Source of the DNA: Terriglobia bacterium
GTDB lineage: Bacteria > Acidobacteriota > Terriglobia > 20CM-2-55-15
Reading direction: 5' to 3'
Assembly (NCBI GenBank): GCA_965218585.1
Contig: CBDCLE010000008.1
Span: forward strand, 18,763-82,762
DNA: 64,000 nt
Shown here: in pieces, positions 10,249 through 19,881 of the stretch
Numbering within the stretch: position 1 is the stretch's first letter
How the letters are laid out: each line of letters opens with the position of its first letter
Notes under the pieces: model-generated
What the model was told of the DNA's origin: nothing
The model's database searches: none
Seen by the model: only the letters and a program-made list of their open reading frames with translations
Program-made: the position numbers and the translations under genes

Positions 10249-11517
10249 TCATCTGACGGACAGTAACTGACCCGCATAAATCCGGCTGTTCCGGAGTCCA
10301 TTCAGGTTCATCAGTTCCTGAAGTCTCATGCCGAATATTTCAGCGATTTCAGAGAGGGTGTCGCCGAGGCGAACACGGTATTCGCCACTAGAAGTCGCCT
10401 CTACCCCATCCAGAGCAGCGACGATGAGCGTTTCGCCAGCAAAGATCAAGTCGGTCGGCAGAGCGTTGAGGTTCATGATCTGATCAACAGTCGTCCTGTA
10501 ACGGAGCGCGATCGTACCTAACGTCTCGCCAGAACCCACACGATGCGTCTGCCCGCCGCTTGCATTCAACGGGGCGCGCGCGATGCGCGTAGCTGGAGTC
10601 GTGAAATCCATGGGGGCGTCCAAGGCGAGTTGACCGAAGTGAGTTTCGTAGTCGTTGTAGACATTGACTGCAGCAATGAACTCGGCGTAGAAGTTCTTGG
10701 AGGCGTAACCGAACGTTCGGCTGCTGTAGTTCCGGATAATGGCAGCCATGTCCGAGCCATGTGCCCGCCTTGCCCGCGCCATACCCGCCCGCCCATGGTT
10801 GTAGGCAGAAATGGCCAGCGGCCACGACTGCAATGTTTCATAGTTCCCCTTGAGGAGTCTGGCCGCCGAACGTGTAGCGATGGCCGGATTCAAACGATCG
10901 TCCCGTCCTCGCGTGACTCGCATGAATTGCCGTCCCGTGGAAGGGATAAACTGCCAGATTCCCGCCGCACCTGCATAGGAACGGGCTTCATTCTGAAAGG
11001 ACGATTCCACCAGGGGTAACAGTGTAATGACGGTGGGGACTCCCTCGGCTTCAAACACTTCCTCGAAGTACTCTAGGTAGCGACCGGAACGGACAACACC
11101 ATCACGGAAACGCTCCTTGATGCCACGCTGGACATGGATACGTCCCTGGAGCACTGCGATGTCGCCAGCCCGCATGCGCACGCCGTCCGCCTCGATCATG
11201 TCGTAGAGGCGCCGTGCTTCGGTGCTGAGTCGATTCGGATTCGATATGTTGCTTCGAACTTCGCTGAGGAGGTTCCGGACCCGCTGCACCCCGGAACGTC
11301 TCGACCGTTCGTTAACCACCGAGTAGATCAGGTCGACTCGCTGGGCATCGTGGATGATGAGATCGTCTTCACCATAAATCGTGAAGACCTTTTCCCAGAA
11401 CTCGATACGGTCACCGATTCCATCTTCAGGAAAACCGGGAATCTCGGCAAAGGATGAAATGCTGAGGGCCGACGAAACGATCAGAAGAAGAACCGACCAA
11501 CGCAATCTTGCAATCAC
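10249..11517 (-). CDS. MltD-like lytic murein transglycosylase with two LysM domains
   Basis: LPLVESSF catalytic Glu, GAAGIWQFIP.TG, AISAYNHG, two LysM repeats. Start uncertain; GTG 11517 gives a signal peptide. Confidence 0.9.
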   Translation of the reverse strand: MIARLRWSVLLLIVSSALSISSFAEIPGFPEDGIGDRIEFWEKVFTIYGEDDLIIHDAQRVDLIYSVVNERSRRSGVQRVRNLLSEVRSNISNPNRLSTEARRLYDMIEADGVRMRAGDIAVLQGRIHVQRGIKERFRDGVVRSGRYLEYFEEVFEAEGVPTVITLLPLVESSFQNEARSYAGAAGIWQFIPSTGRQFMRVTRGRDDRLNPAIATRSAARLLKGNYETLQSWPLAISAYNHGRAGMARARRAHGSDMAAIIRNYSSRTFGYASKNFYAEFIAAVNVYNDYETHFGQLALDAPMDFTTPATRIARAPLNASGGQTHRVGSGETLGTIALRYRTTVDQIMNLNALPTDLIFAGETLIVAALDGVEATSSGEYRVRLGDTLSEIAEIFGMRLQELMNLNGLRNSRIYAGQLLSVR

Positions 11518-11616
11518 GCGCTCTTGTCTCCGAATAAATTTGTTAGTCCTCACTACGGACTGTTTACTAGCAAAGGATTTTATCATGAGGACGCATGTTA
11601 ACGGCATGAAAGCGCG

Positions 11617-12960
11617 TCACAGTTTCTTCAGAAGAGCGTGCGCCCCAACAAGCAACGGATCCCACAAGCTACCGTATGGGGGCGTGTAGGAGAGATCCAA
11701 CTGGGTCAGTTCCTGCACTGTCATCGACGACATAATCGCGGTCGCCGCAACGTCGATACGCTTGGACACATCTCCGTAACCGATCGATTGAGCTCCGATC
11801 AGTCTCTGGTTGTCGCGGTCTGCGATGAGCTTGATCCATATCTTCCGGGCCCCGGGGAAGTACCCGGCCCGGTCCAGCGCCTCGATTCGAACCGATACCG
11901 TTCTCATCTGCTCTGCTGAGGCCTCGTCCGAGGTCAGGCCTACGCGGCCGACAGCCAGGTCGAAGACCTTAAGGATAGTTGTACCCACCGTGCCTTGGAA
12001 TTTGCTCCTTTTGCCTGCAAGGTTGTCACCGGCAACGCGTCCCTGTTTCGCGGCTACGGTTCCAATGTGATGGAGAACAGGCCGGCGCCTCAAAAGGCAA
12101 TAAGCTTCGGCGCAATTGCCCGCTGCGAAAATTCCGGGAACGTTGGTCTCCATGTATTCATTAACCGCGATGCCTCCCGTTGCGCCGAGACGTACACCCG
12201 CTTCGGAGGATAGCTCCACGTTTGGAACGACACCGGTGTCCAGCATGACTGCATCCGCTGGAGACACGCCTAACGATCCACGCGCCTTGACGCCGTTTAC
12301 ATGTGTGTCGTTTCCAACGAGCGCCTCGACGGGGGTCTGGGCGCGGACCTCCACACCGTGGCGCAAAAGCTCGTATTCGATGATCCGGGCCATGTCTGTG
12401 TCGATGCCGGGCATGACGTGATCGCGCATCTCGAATATCGTTACAGCCTTCTTCTTTTTGCGCAGAGCTTCGGCCATCTCCAGTCCCACGTACCCGCCAC
12501 CTATTACCGCAACTCTGTCGGCGTTATCCAGAGACGATCGAATCTGGACTGCGTCATCGAGGGAGTTGATCGAAAAAACGTTTCCCAGTGAGGTTCCAGG
12601 AATGTTGGGATGGGACGGCCGGACTCCTGTTGCCAGCAGCAGCCGGTCAAAAGGAAAGGTTAACGACTCTCCCGTGTCGGTGCGACGTACGTCGATGCGT
12701 TTTCTTGATGGAAGGACGGCTTCGACGCTCGCATTGACGTGGGCTTCGATATCTCGTTTCCCTTTGAGTGTACCCGGCGTGAAGTTGACCAGATCATCTG
12801 AAGATACCTCGTCGGCCATGAAATAGGGAATACCGCACGTGCCGTAGGAGATGAACGGGCTTCGCTCCAGCACCGTGACGTCCAGACGGGGATCGAGGCG
12901 CTTGGCGCGCGATGCGGCGCTCATTCCCGCTGCGTTTCCACCAACGATTACAATGCGCAT
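11617..12960 (-). CDS. CoA-disulfide reductase / NADH oxidase family flavoprotein
   Basis: GGNAAGMSAA FAD motif, SYGTCG single redox Cys, GGGYVGLE, C-terminal LDLSYTPPY. Confidence 0.9.
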   Translation of the reverse strand: MRIVIVGGNAAGMSAASRAKRLDPRLDVTVLERSPFISYGTCGIPYFMADEVSSDDLVNFTPGTLKGKRDIEAHVNASVEAVLPSRKRIDVRRTDTGESLTFPFDRLLLATGVRPSHPNIPGTSLGNVFSINSLDDAVQIRSSLDNADRVAVIGGGYVGLEMAEALRKKKKAVTIFEMRDHVMPGIDTDMARIIEYELLRHGVEVRAQTPVEALVGNDTHVNGVKARGSLGVSPADAVMLDTGVVPNVELSSEAGVRLGATGGIAVNEYMETNVPGIFAAGNCAEAYCLLRRRPVLHHIGTVAAKQGRVAGDNLAGKRSKFQGTVGTTILKVFDLAVGRVGLTSDEASAEQMRTVSVRIEALDRAGYFPGARKIWIKLIADRDNQRLIGAQSIGYGDVSKRIDVAATAIMSSMTVQELTQLDLSYTPPYGSLWDPLLVGAHALLKKL

Positions 12961-12967
12961 CGCGTCA

Positions 12968-13708
12968 CTAGAAATACTTCTCTCTTTCACGAATCCACGA
13001 CGTGGGATCGTTCGTTCCCGGGCGTTCCAGAATGACGTGTGTTTCTTCGGCTACGATTCGGGCGCGCTCGACTCCGGCCGCTGCCGCAAACTCACCAAGC
13101 TCCATCGGTGTGAACCCTGCACGCACCCCGGCTTCGAATCGACTCCTTAAGCGGTCACTATAATGTTTTTTGTGCCGCGTGAGGTGTCCGGACAGGCCGA
13201 AGCGGTTTGGCCTTCGTAGCTCGCGGACAAGGATCGCGCCCGTCGGTTTCGTTACCCGATGAATCTCGCGTAATGTCTCCATTGGATTCTTGAAGCCATG
13301 GAGCGCTCCGTCAGAGACGACCATATCGAAGTAGCCCGTCTTGAATTTCATCTGAACCGGTTCTCCCACCTGAAAGAACATACGCTCACCGAGTTTCCAG
13401 TCTTCGGCGATCTCACGAGCCCGTTCTGCCAATTGAAGGGTTCGATAGACGCCCATACAGAGAAAATCCTCTTCGTCCCAGAGGATCTTCATCGCGACCA
13501 GGCCGAGTGGGCTTCCCAGATCCAGTACCATGCCGCCATCCACTCCAAGACTCCGGGCGCGTTCGACAAACGCATGATCCTGTGTTTTGAAGTAGGTCTC
13601 GTCGGTGGCTTCGACCCAGGCTTCGATTTCCTCATCTGTCAGATCGATTTGAGAAACCGGCAGACGTGGTGGGTAGACAAGCCGTGCCAGGGTGCTCGCG
13701 ATGCCCAT
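12968..13708 (-). CDS. Class I SAM-dependent methyltransferase
   Basis: Degenerate motif I (VLDLGSPLG), FDMVVS..ALH, EIHRVTKP.G. Confidence 0.8.
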   Translation of the reverse strand: MGIASTLARLVYPPRLPVSQIDLTDEEIEAWVEATDETYFKTQDHAFVERARSLGVDGGMVLDLGSPLGLVAMKILWDEEDFLCMGVYRTLQLAERAREIAEDWKLGERMFFQVGEPVQMKFKTGYFDMVVSDGALHGFKNPMETLREIHRVTKPTGAILVRELRRPNRFGLSGHLTRHKKHYSDRLRSRFEAGVRAGFTPMELGEFAAAAGVERARIVAEETHVILERPGTNDPTSWIREREKYF

Positions 13709-13717
13709 AGCGACGGC

Positions 13718-14206
13718 TTATTCGGTTTGGGGAACGCCCCCGATCAATACAGCAACTTCGTCCAAAAGAATGTTGTTCCTGGCCATGTACTGGACTTCGC
13801 GCACGAAAGCAAAGATGTTGGTCGAAAGGGCCAGAACCGCGAGCACAGTGTGTATCCAAACCGGTATAACCCGCGTGTCGACCCCACCGCCGACAATCCA
13901 GGCGGTCATTGTGAAGAGGATGGCCATAGTCGCTGGGGGGAAGACCCTTGATTTGAACTCTTTCGTTCGAACGATGAATTCACGCGCCTGAGCGTGCGAA
14001 CCCAGGAGATCCTTTACCTGCTTGCCGGTTCCAATGAAGTAAAACATGGACATACACTGCGCGAGAATTGCCACGAAGGTCGCAAAGAGCGCGAACAAGA
14101 AGTGCTGTTGGAGGCCGACCCGGCCATCCATTGCGAAACCCATGTAGAGCGTGACCATGAGACCGGCGATTCCCATCAATGAACTGGTTAGAAGTGCGAT
14201 TACCAT
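13718..14206 (-). CDS. Hypothetical membrane protein (~4 TM)
   Basis: Hydrophobic 162-aa ORF, first gene of a 3-gene minus-strand unit; TGGTAGAAT extended -10 upstream. Confidence 0.8.
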   Translation of the reverse strand: MVIALLTSSLMGIAGLMVTLYMGFAMDGRVGLQQHFLFALFATFVAILAQCMSMFYFIGTGKQVKDLLGSHAQAREFIVRTKEFKSRVFPPATMAILFTMTAWIVGGGVDTRVIPVWIHTVLAVLALSTNIFAFVREVQYMARNNILLDEVAVLIGGVPQTE

Positions 14207-14360
14207 GAGCGCCCCGAGATTCTACCATGCTCAATCCCTTCGGGAGAGGCTCACGGAGGACCGATTTAAGTTCGATCCAGAACACAAGCTGTAGTTGTGA
14301 TCTAGTGTCAGCTACCTAAGTTATTGTGTACATCTGGTCAGTCATGGTATTTAGGATGGG

Positions 14361-15029
14361 ATGCGACGACTACTGGTCATGTTGGTGTTGATCGTAGCGA
14401 CTTCCGCGTGCGCCAAACGCCCGCGGGTACAGATTCCCGATCCTGGGGTTGTGATGGCGTCCTCGGAGGGGACCGAGATCGATGGTCGTGCAAGCTATTA
14501 TGGGGATCCCTACCACGGCCGGGCCACAGCCAACGGCGAAACATTCGACAAGAACAAGATGACCGCAGCCCACCGGACGCTGCCGTTCAACACGTGGGTT
14601 CGTGTCGAGAATCAGTTGAACGGGCAGAGGGTAGATGTTCGGATCAACGATCGGGGTCCGTTCGTGGGTGGTCGTGTAATCGATCTTTCAGAAGGCGCTG
14701 CGCGCAGGATCGACATGATCCGGTCCGGAGTCGTCCCCGTCCGACTGGAGATCATAAGAGAGGCCGCAGGAGGTACAGGCGGCCGGACTGTCACGGAAGA
14801 CGTTTTTTACGTTATCCAGCTCGGTGCGTTCGAGAGCGAGCAGGCTGCACAGAACCTGAGACGCCGATTCGCTTCCAAGTACACCGGCATCTATGTGGAC
14901 CGTCCGACCGGCGAAAGCCTCCTCTACAAGGTTCGTATAGGCCGAGCCCTTCTCAGAGATGCCCGCTTTGTCCAGGATCTGCTCAAGAGAGAGGACGACC
15001 TCGATTCCATCGTCGTCCAGATGCAGTAA
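14361..15029 (+). CDS. rlpA: Septal ring lytic transglycosylase RlpA family lipoprotein with SPOR domain
   Basis: Lipobox-like [43 protein letters not shown]-terminal IQLGAF SPOR. Confidence 0.93.
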   Translation: MRRLLVMLVLIVATSACAKRPRVQIPDPGVVMASSEGTEIDGRASYYGDPYHGRATANGETFDKNKMTAAHRTLPFNTWVRVENQLNGQRVDVRINDRGPFVGGRVIDLSEGAARRIDMIRSGVVPVRLEIIREAAGGTGGRTVTEDVFYVIQLGAFESEQAAQNLRRRFASKYTGIYVDRPTGESLLYKVRIGRALLRDARFVQDLLKREDDLDSIVVQMQ

Positions 15030-15129
15030 CCGCCCACCGATCTATTTACTAAATCTTCTAACGCAGGGACGCTGGGTTCGCAGAGGCCGCAGTGCAAGAA
15101 TTGAACTCTGCGTTCTCTGCGCCTCTGCG

Positions 15130-16175
15130 TTATTCAAACAGTTTCGGAACGCTTGCGGGTGTGTATCTGGAGCCTTGGATGACATCGCGTTCATCCAGGC
15201 GCTGGCGGATGCCCCTGATGACTTCGTTCCGCGTCTTTCCCCAGTAGGTGCCACGAGGAGGCTCAGGGGGGCTTCGCCGAACAGTCTTTCGATGACGATC
15301 GAGGGTTTGAGGCGTTCAATGAAGTCACAGATCAGATCGAGGTATTCGGTAAAGCTCAGCAGCGGGAACGGTTGCTCCATGTATTCCCGTGCCATCGCTG
15401 TGCCTCGAACCAGGTGCAGGTGGTGGATCTTCAGCAGATCGATGCCCACCTGTGACATTTCGTCCGCCATACTCAGCCACTGATCACGCGTTTCCCAGGG
15501 GAAACCGAGGATCAGGTGCGCGCCCGTGTGGAATGCTCGCCCGCGCGCGAGGTCCATCGCACGCGTAAACGCGGCGTAGTCGTGGCCCCGATTGACCCTC
15601 CGAAGAGAGTCGTCGTAGATGGATTCCATTCCGAATTCGAGCGAGACAAAACTTGATTGTGCAATGCCATCGATCATTTCGACCTTTTCCTCGTCGACAC
15701 AGTCGGGCCGTGTGCCTATCGCAACACCAACCACATCCGGGTGTTTCAGTGCGTCTGTATACAGTGCGTGTAGATAGCCGGTATCGGCGTAAGTGTTCGA
15801 AAACGGTTGGAAGTAGACGATGAACTTGCGAGCTTCAACGCGATTGCGGAGATATGCGATTCCGTTCATTACCTGTTCGCGAATCGGCGCGGTCTTTATG
15901 GCCAGAGGTGGGCGAAAAGAGCTGTTATTGCAATAGGTGCATCCGCCGGTCGTGACGGTGCCGTCCCGATTGGGACAGGTGAAACCCGCGTCGACGATGA
16001 CTTTGTGGACGCGCTCACCGAACTGCTCTCTTAACCAGTTGTTGTATGTCCTGTAACGTGTCCGACCATTGGGGACATAGGCACCTGTCCCAAGCGTAGT
16101 TGTATTTATTTGGCCGACCATGTTGGCTGGGACAGGTGGCTGTGTCCCCTCGTCTGTTTGTGTTTCGCCGGCCAT
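15130..16175 (-). CDS. TIGR01212 (YhcC/YtqA) radical SAM protein; 1-nt frameshift near 15245
   Basis: DAGFTCPNRDG....GGCTYC, YFQPFSNTY, IGTRPDC, RRVNRGH. The expected C-terminus WGKTRNEVIRGIRQRLDERDVIQG continues in another frame to TAA at 15130. Confidence 0.9.
16071..16149. repeat. GGGACA-type inverted repeat inside the 5' end of the radical SAM ORF
   Basis: GGGGACATAGGCACCTGTCCCA ... TGGGACAGGTGGCTGTGTCCCC. Confidence 0.7.
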
Positions 16176-16211
16176 GATGGCTATGGGCAGGTCGTTGCGT
16201 CTCCCTGACGG

Positions 16212-16988
16212 CTAGTTCTTCCAGCGCCGCCAGTCCTCGTCATTGTCACGGTCTTTCTGTTCCTGCCGGCGGTTGTAATAGACTTCGAATTTGCGACGCA
16301 GCCGCTCGCGTTTCCATTGATCGTAGTACTCGCGGAGCCTTGTCGTATAGCCTCCACCACCTCTCAGGTACAGATAGCCGAAGACCATCCCCCCCAGGTG
16401 GGCGACATGGGCCACTCCACCACCTCCGCCGGAGAACGAGGCCAGGAAGGCCATGCCTCCGAGGAACATGACGTAATACTTCACTTTCACCGGGATCATA
16501 AACGGAATCAGAATGATGTTGCGGTTGGGAAACAACATTCCGTAGGCCAGGAGAATGCCGTAAATCGATCCGGAAGCGCCGATCGTCGGAATCGTGGAGC
16601 TCGGGCTGACGATCACACTCGAGATGCCCGCCCCAACGCCCGTGATAAAGAAAAACTTCACAAATTCCCGGGTTCCCCAGGTGCTCTCCAGTTCCGACCC
16701 GAACATCCAGAGTGCGAACATGTTGAACAGAATGTGAAAGAAGCCGCCGTGGAGGAAAATGTAGGTCACGAGCTGCCAAATGGCGATGCTGCCGACAACG
16801 GCCGCAGGTGTCAAACCGAAGCTTGTGATAAGCGCAGACGTAAACGCCCTTCCTCCCAGTGTTTGAAGCACGTAGACGACGGCGCAGATGATGAGAATCA
16901 TCTTGATCGCCCGCGTCAGACCGCCTCCGCCAATGATGCTGTGGGTGGGGCGTCCGCCGTAATAGCCTCGGTAATAATTACGTGACAA
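16212..16988 (-). CDS. Rhomboid family intramembrane serine protease
   Basis: WQLVTYIFLH..FFHILFNM, IGASG, VAHVAHLGG. TTG start at 16988 with AAGGA upstream. Confidence 0.92.
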   Translation of the reverse strand: MSRNYYRGYYGGRPTHSIIGGGGLTRAIKMILIICAVVYVLQTLGGRAFTSALITSFGLTPAAVVGSIAIWQLVTYIFLHGGFFHILFNMFALWMFGSELESTWGTREFVKFFFITGVGAGISSVIVSPSSTIPTIGASGSIYGILLAYGMLFPNRNIILIPFMIPVKVKYYVMFLGGMAFLASFSGGGGGVAHVAHLGGMVFGYLYLRGGGGYTTRLREYYDQWKRERLRRKFEVYYNRRQEQKDRDNDEDWRRWKN

Positions 16989-16989
16989 G

Positions 16990-17154
16990 CTAATCGTCCT
17001 TAGGTCGGAGAAAGCGGCCGGCATAGAAGAGGCCGACGCCGATGGCCGCTGTCTGCATCATGGGGCCCATCTCTCCGAAGTAAATCAAGAGTGATTCTAT
17101 GGTGACGATAAGCCCGACTAATTGAAGGCCGGTTGCTGCGTAATAGCGTATCAT
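16990..17154 (-). CDS. Small 2-TM membrane protein (54 aa, not in ORF track)
   Basis: Manual translation: MIRYYAATGLQLVGLIVTIESLLIYFGEMGPMMQTAAIGVGLFYAGRFLRPKDD*. Abuts the rhomboid start. Confidence 0.65.
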   Translation of the reverse strand: MIRYYAATGLQLVGLIVTIESLLIYFGEMGPMMQTAAIGVGLFYAGRFLRPKDD

Positions 17155-17257
17155 TGCTCACTCGGAAGGGCTGCCGGCTTTGCGGCAACACGTGAGACTT
17201 CGATTGTAGCAACACGCACGTAAAGTCTAAAGGCTCGCTTTTCTGGAACTTGAAGTA

Positions 17258-17839
17258 ATGCTTCCTTGGCTCGTCGTTCTCAAGATTGCCGGTAGTTTCT
17301 TCATCGGAGCGATTCCCTTTGCCGTTATTGCGGTCTGGGGCACAGGCATAGACGTTACCCGGGCCGGCTCGGGAAATCCCGGCTTCAATAACGTTCTTCG
17401 TGTGTCCTCTCGCCCGAGAGCTGGGGTCGCACTGATCGGAGACTTATCCAAGGGAGCTGTGGCCGTCGCGATCCTGTCCGCTTCCACCGACCCGGTCTGG
17501 TTCAGATGGTCCCTCGGACTGGCCGCGGTAGCCGGGCACTGCTGGACACCGTTTCTGAAGTTCAATGGCGGTAAGGGCGTCGCCACTATGGCGGGCGCGT
17601 TGCTGTACCTGGAACTCCAGATCACAGCCATCTGCCTGATCCTTTATCCGACCCTCCGCCTGTTCGGGCGGCGAATGGGTTGGGCGCAGGAAGGTGCGGT
17701 CTCATCGATGACGACGATGTCAGTGATCGCGGGGACGATCTTCGCCCTCCGCGGATTTGAAGCCGGCATCTTCGCCGTTGTCGCCCTGGCCATCGTCATC
17801 GTTCGCCACTCCGCCAACATCCGCCACCTTTTCTCTTGA
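17258..17839 (+). CDS. plsY: Glycerol-3-phosphate acyltransferase PlsY family
   Basis: GAIPF, GSGNPG.NN.LR, D..KG, GH.W.PFL.F.GGKGVAT, RH..NI. Confidence 0.88.
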   Translation: MLPWLVVLKIAGSFFIGAIPFAVIAVWGTGIDVTRAGSGNPGFNNVLRVSSRPRAGVALIGDLSKGAVAVAILSASTDPVWFRWSLGLAAVAGHCWTPFLKFNGGKGVATMAGALLYLELQITAICLILYPTLRLFGRRMGWAQEGAVSSMTTMSVIAGTIFALRGFEAGIFAVVALAIVIVRHSANIRHLFS

Positions 17840-17855
17840 AGGCCTGAATTTGACC

Positions 17856-17932
17856 CAGAGACGCAGAGATCGCAGAGGTCGCAAAATAGGAATAAGTATC
17901 TGCGTTCTCTGCGTCTTTGCGCCTCTGCGTTG
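17856..17932. repeat. CGCAGAG/CTCTGCG tandem-inverted repeat family (also ~7726-7750, 15061-15132, 40246-40305, 50836-51017)
   Basis: Roughly 9-nt-period units ACGCAGAG followed by complementary CTCTGCG units, often between convergent genes. Confidence 0.8.
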
Positions 17933-17940
17933 AAGCTTCT

Positions 17941-18873
17941 TTACGGGATGAACATTCGGAGGGCTGTAGGGATGACCGTTATTTCGATGGGGAGACGGCC
18001 GAGGGGTTCACCGTCGATTTCGATCTGGACACTGTCGTCGGATCTGGCGACGAGTTTTTTCACCCGGTTGTGATGAATCCTGGGGTGATTGTAGATCTGT
18101 CCGTTAAAGAGGATGCGGATATTTAGCGCCATTTCCAGCAGCGACAATTTTTCGATGATCGTAACGTCGAGGAGTCCATCGTTGGGAACGGCCCGGGGAC
18201 AGACGTGCATTCCCGCGCCATGGTATTGACCGTTTCCAACTGCAACGTTTGTTACCCGGACATCCTGCCAGTCCCCATCGTCTGCCTGAATCGAAACGCT
18301 ATTTCCAGAAAAGCTGAGACCGGTGAGAGCAGTTGCTGTCAGGAAAGCCATCCTGCCTCCAAATGGCTTCGACGAACGGTTGGCTCGCTCGGCGACAGCT
18401 CCACCCATGCCAAAGCTCGCGACGTTGATCGCGTAGCGAATACCCTCATCTCCACGCGTGTCCCGATAGACAACGTGCATCGCATCGAACAGAGCAGTCT
18501 CGCCTCTCTCGATAATCTGGACTGCTTCGTCTTCGTCCAGAGGAAGTTTCACAGTACGGCGGAAGTCCGAACCCGTTCCCTGGGGGATGAGTCCGAGTGT
18601 GACTATCGAGTCGGTTGCCCCTTGGGCCAGGATCCCGTTGACCGTTTCGTTCAGGGTCCCGTCTCCGCCTACTGCGATTATCGTGTTGTACCCGGAGCGA
18701 ACCGCTTCTCCGGAGAGCCCGATGGCGTGTCCGGGGGATTCGGTCTGCATGACACCGATCTCGGACCACACTCGCGAGAGCTTACTCTGGATCGTTGGCC
18801 AGTTCCTGCCGGTCTGTCCGTCAGCGGATCGTGGGTTGACGATCACTGCTACCCGTTGCTGGTCAGGTCCCAT
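17941..18873 (-). CDS. Diacylglycerol kinase family (YegS/DgkB-like) lipid kinase
   Basis: VNPRS, AVGGDGTLNETVNG, IPQGTGSDF, GNGQYHGAG, IEIDGE. Confidence 0.92.
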   Translation of the reverse strand: MGPDQQRVAVIVNPRSADGQTGRNWPTIQSKLSRVWSEIGVMQTESPGHAIGLSGEAVRSGYNTIIAVGGDGTLNETVNGILAQGATDSIVTLGLIPQGTGSDFRRTVKLPLDEDEAVQIIERGETALFDAMHVVYRDTRGDEGIRYAINVASFGMGGAVAERANRSSKPFGGRMAFLTATALTGLSFSGNSVSIQADDGDWQDVRVTNVAVGNGQYHGAGMHVCPRAVPNDGLLDVTIIEKLSLLEMALNIRILFNGQIYNHPRIHHNRVKKLVARSDDSVQIEIDGEPLGRLPIEITVIPTALRMFIP

Positions 18874-19868
18874 TAATTGTTGTTTTGGAGGAAGGCGACT
18901 GTGTCGCGAATGGTTTCTTCGGCCCCCCTCTGTTCGAGACCGAGTTCAGTCTTAGCTCGCGTACTGTCGCAATACCAGAACCGGTAAGCCATCTCAATAG
19001 TTATGTCGTCGATCGGGAACCGCTGTCCGAACGTCTGCATGCCATGCCGGAGAATGTTGGCCGAGCCTCGAGCCCAGGATTCAGAAAGCGAGAGCAATGG
19101 GGCTCGCACTCCTGACACGTACTGTATTAGGTAAAAGAATTCGCGAACAGTCATGTCATGTCCGCCTACCAGATAGCGCCGTCCAGGTTGTCCATTCTCA
19201 ATGGCGTTCACGAACGTTAGGGCTGCGTCCCGAACGTCAACGAAGTTGAGACCTCCCGCAGGGATGTTTCGCACCTCCCGGTCCAGATACATCTGAATGT
19301 CGCGGGTTGACGACTTGTAAACGTCTCCCGGTCCGAGAAGGAGGCTCGGGTTCAGGACAATAACCGGAAGGTCTCTGTTCCTGAAGTAGGAGAAAGCGAG
19401 TTTTTCCTGATAGATTTTGCTCAGATAGTACGGCCAGCCGCCTGCAACCTCGATAGCGTAAGGAGAGTCTTCGTTGTGAATGGCAGGTTTAGTACTCACT
19501 GCTATCGTTCCGGACGAGGAAGCCACGAGGACCCTGGGTTTCCCGTGCTTGAGCGCAGCTTCACATACGTTTCGCGTACCCTCGATGTGCGTTTCGAAGA
19601 GTTCCCCCGAGCGGGACGTGTCCCGCGTTACACGTCCCGCCAGATGGATGACCGCATCCGTATCCGCCACCGCTTTCTCGACGGCATTCGGGTCGAGAAC
19701 GTTACCCTTGACCGTCTCCACCCGTGCGTTTCGATCCCATGGAGAGACACTCCGGCAAAGCAGACGGATTTTTCTGTCGCCGAATTCTTCGAGCGGTTGT
19801 TCAAGGAGAGATTCGACCACGTGGCGGCCCAGAAACCCGGTAGCGCCAGTGACCAGAATACGTTTCAT
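18873..19868 (-). CDS. NAD-dependent epimerase/dehydratase (extended SDR; ElbE-like)
   Basis: VTGATGFLG, HLAG, SSSG, YYLSK (YxxxK), GGLNFVDVRD. Confidence 0.9.
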   Translation of the reverse strand: MKRILVTGATGFLGRHVVESLLEQPLEEFGDRKIRLLCRSVSPWDRNARVETVKGNVLDPNAVEKAVADTDAVIHLAGRVTRDTSRSGELFETHIEGTRNVCEAALKHGKPRVLVASSSGTIAVSTKPAIHNEDSPYAIEVAGGWPYYLSKIYQEKLAFSYFRNRDLPVIVLNPSLLLGPGDVYKSSTRDIQMYLDREVRNIPAGGLNFVDVRDAALTFVNAIENGQPGRRYLVGGHDMTVREFFYLIQYVSGVRAPLLSLSESWARGSANILRHGMQTFGQRFPIDDITIEMAYRFWYCDSTRAKTELGLEQRGAEETIRDTVAFLQNNN

Positions 19869-19881
19869 TGGAAGCCACGTT

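Noticed and set aside
15042-15129. ORF-track C-terminal tail of the radical SAM protein
   Set aside because: Result of a frameshift reading into an intergenic CTCTGCG repeat.
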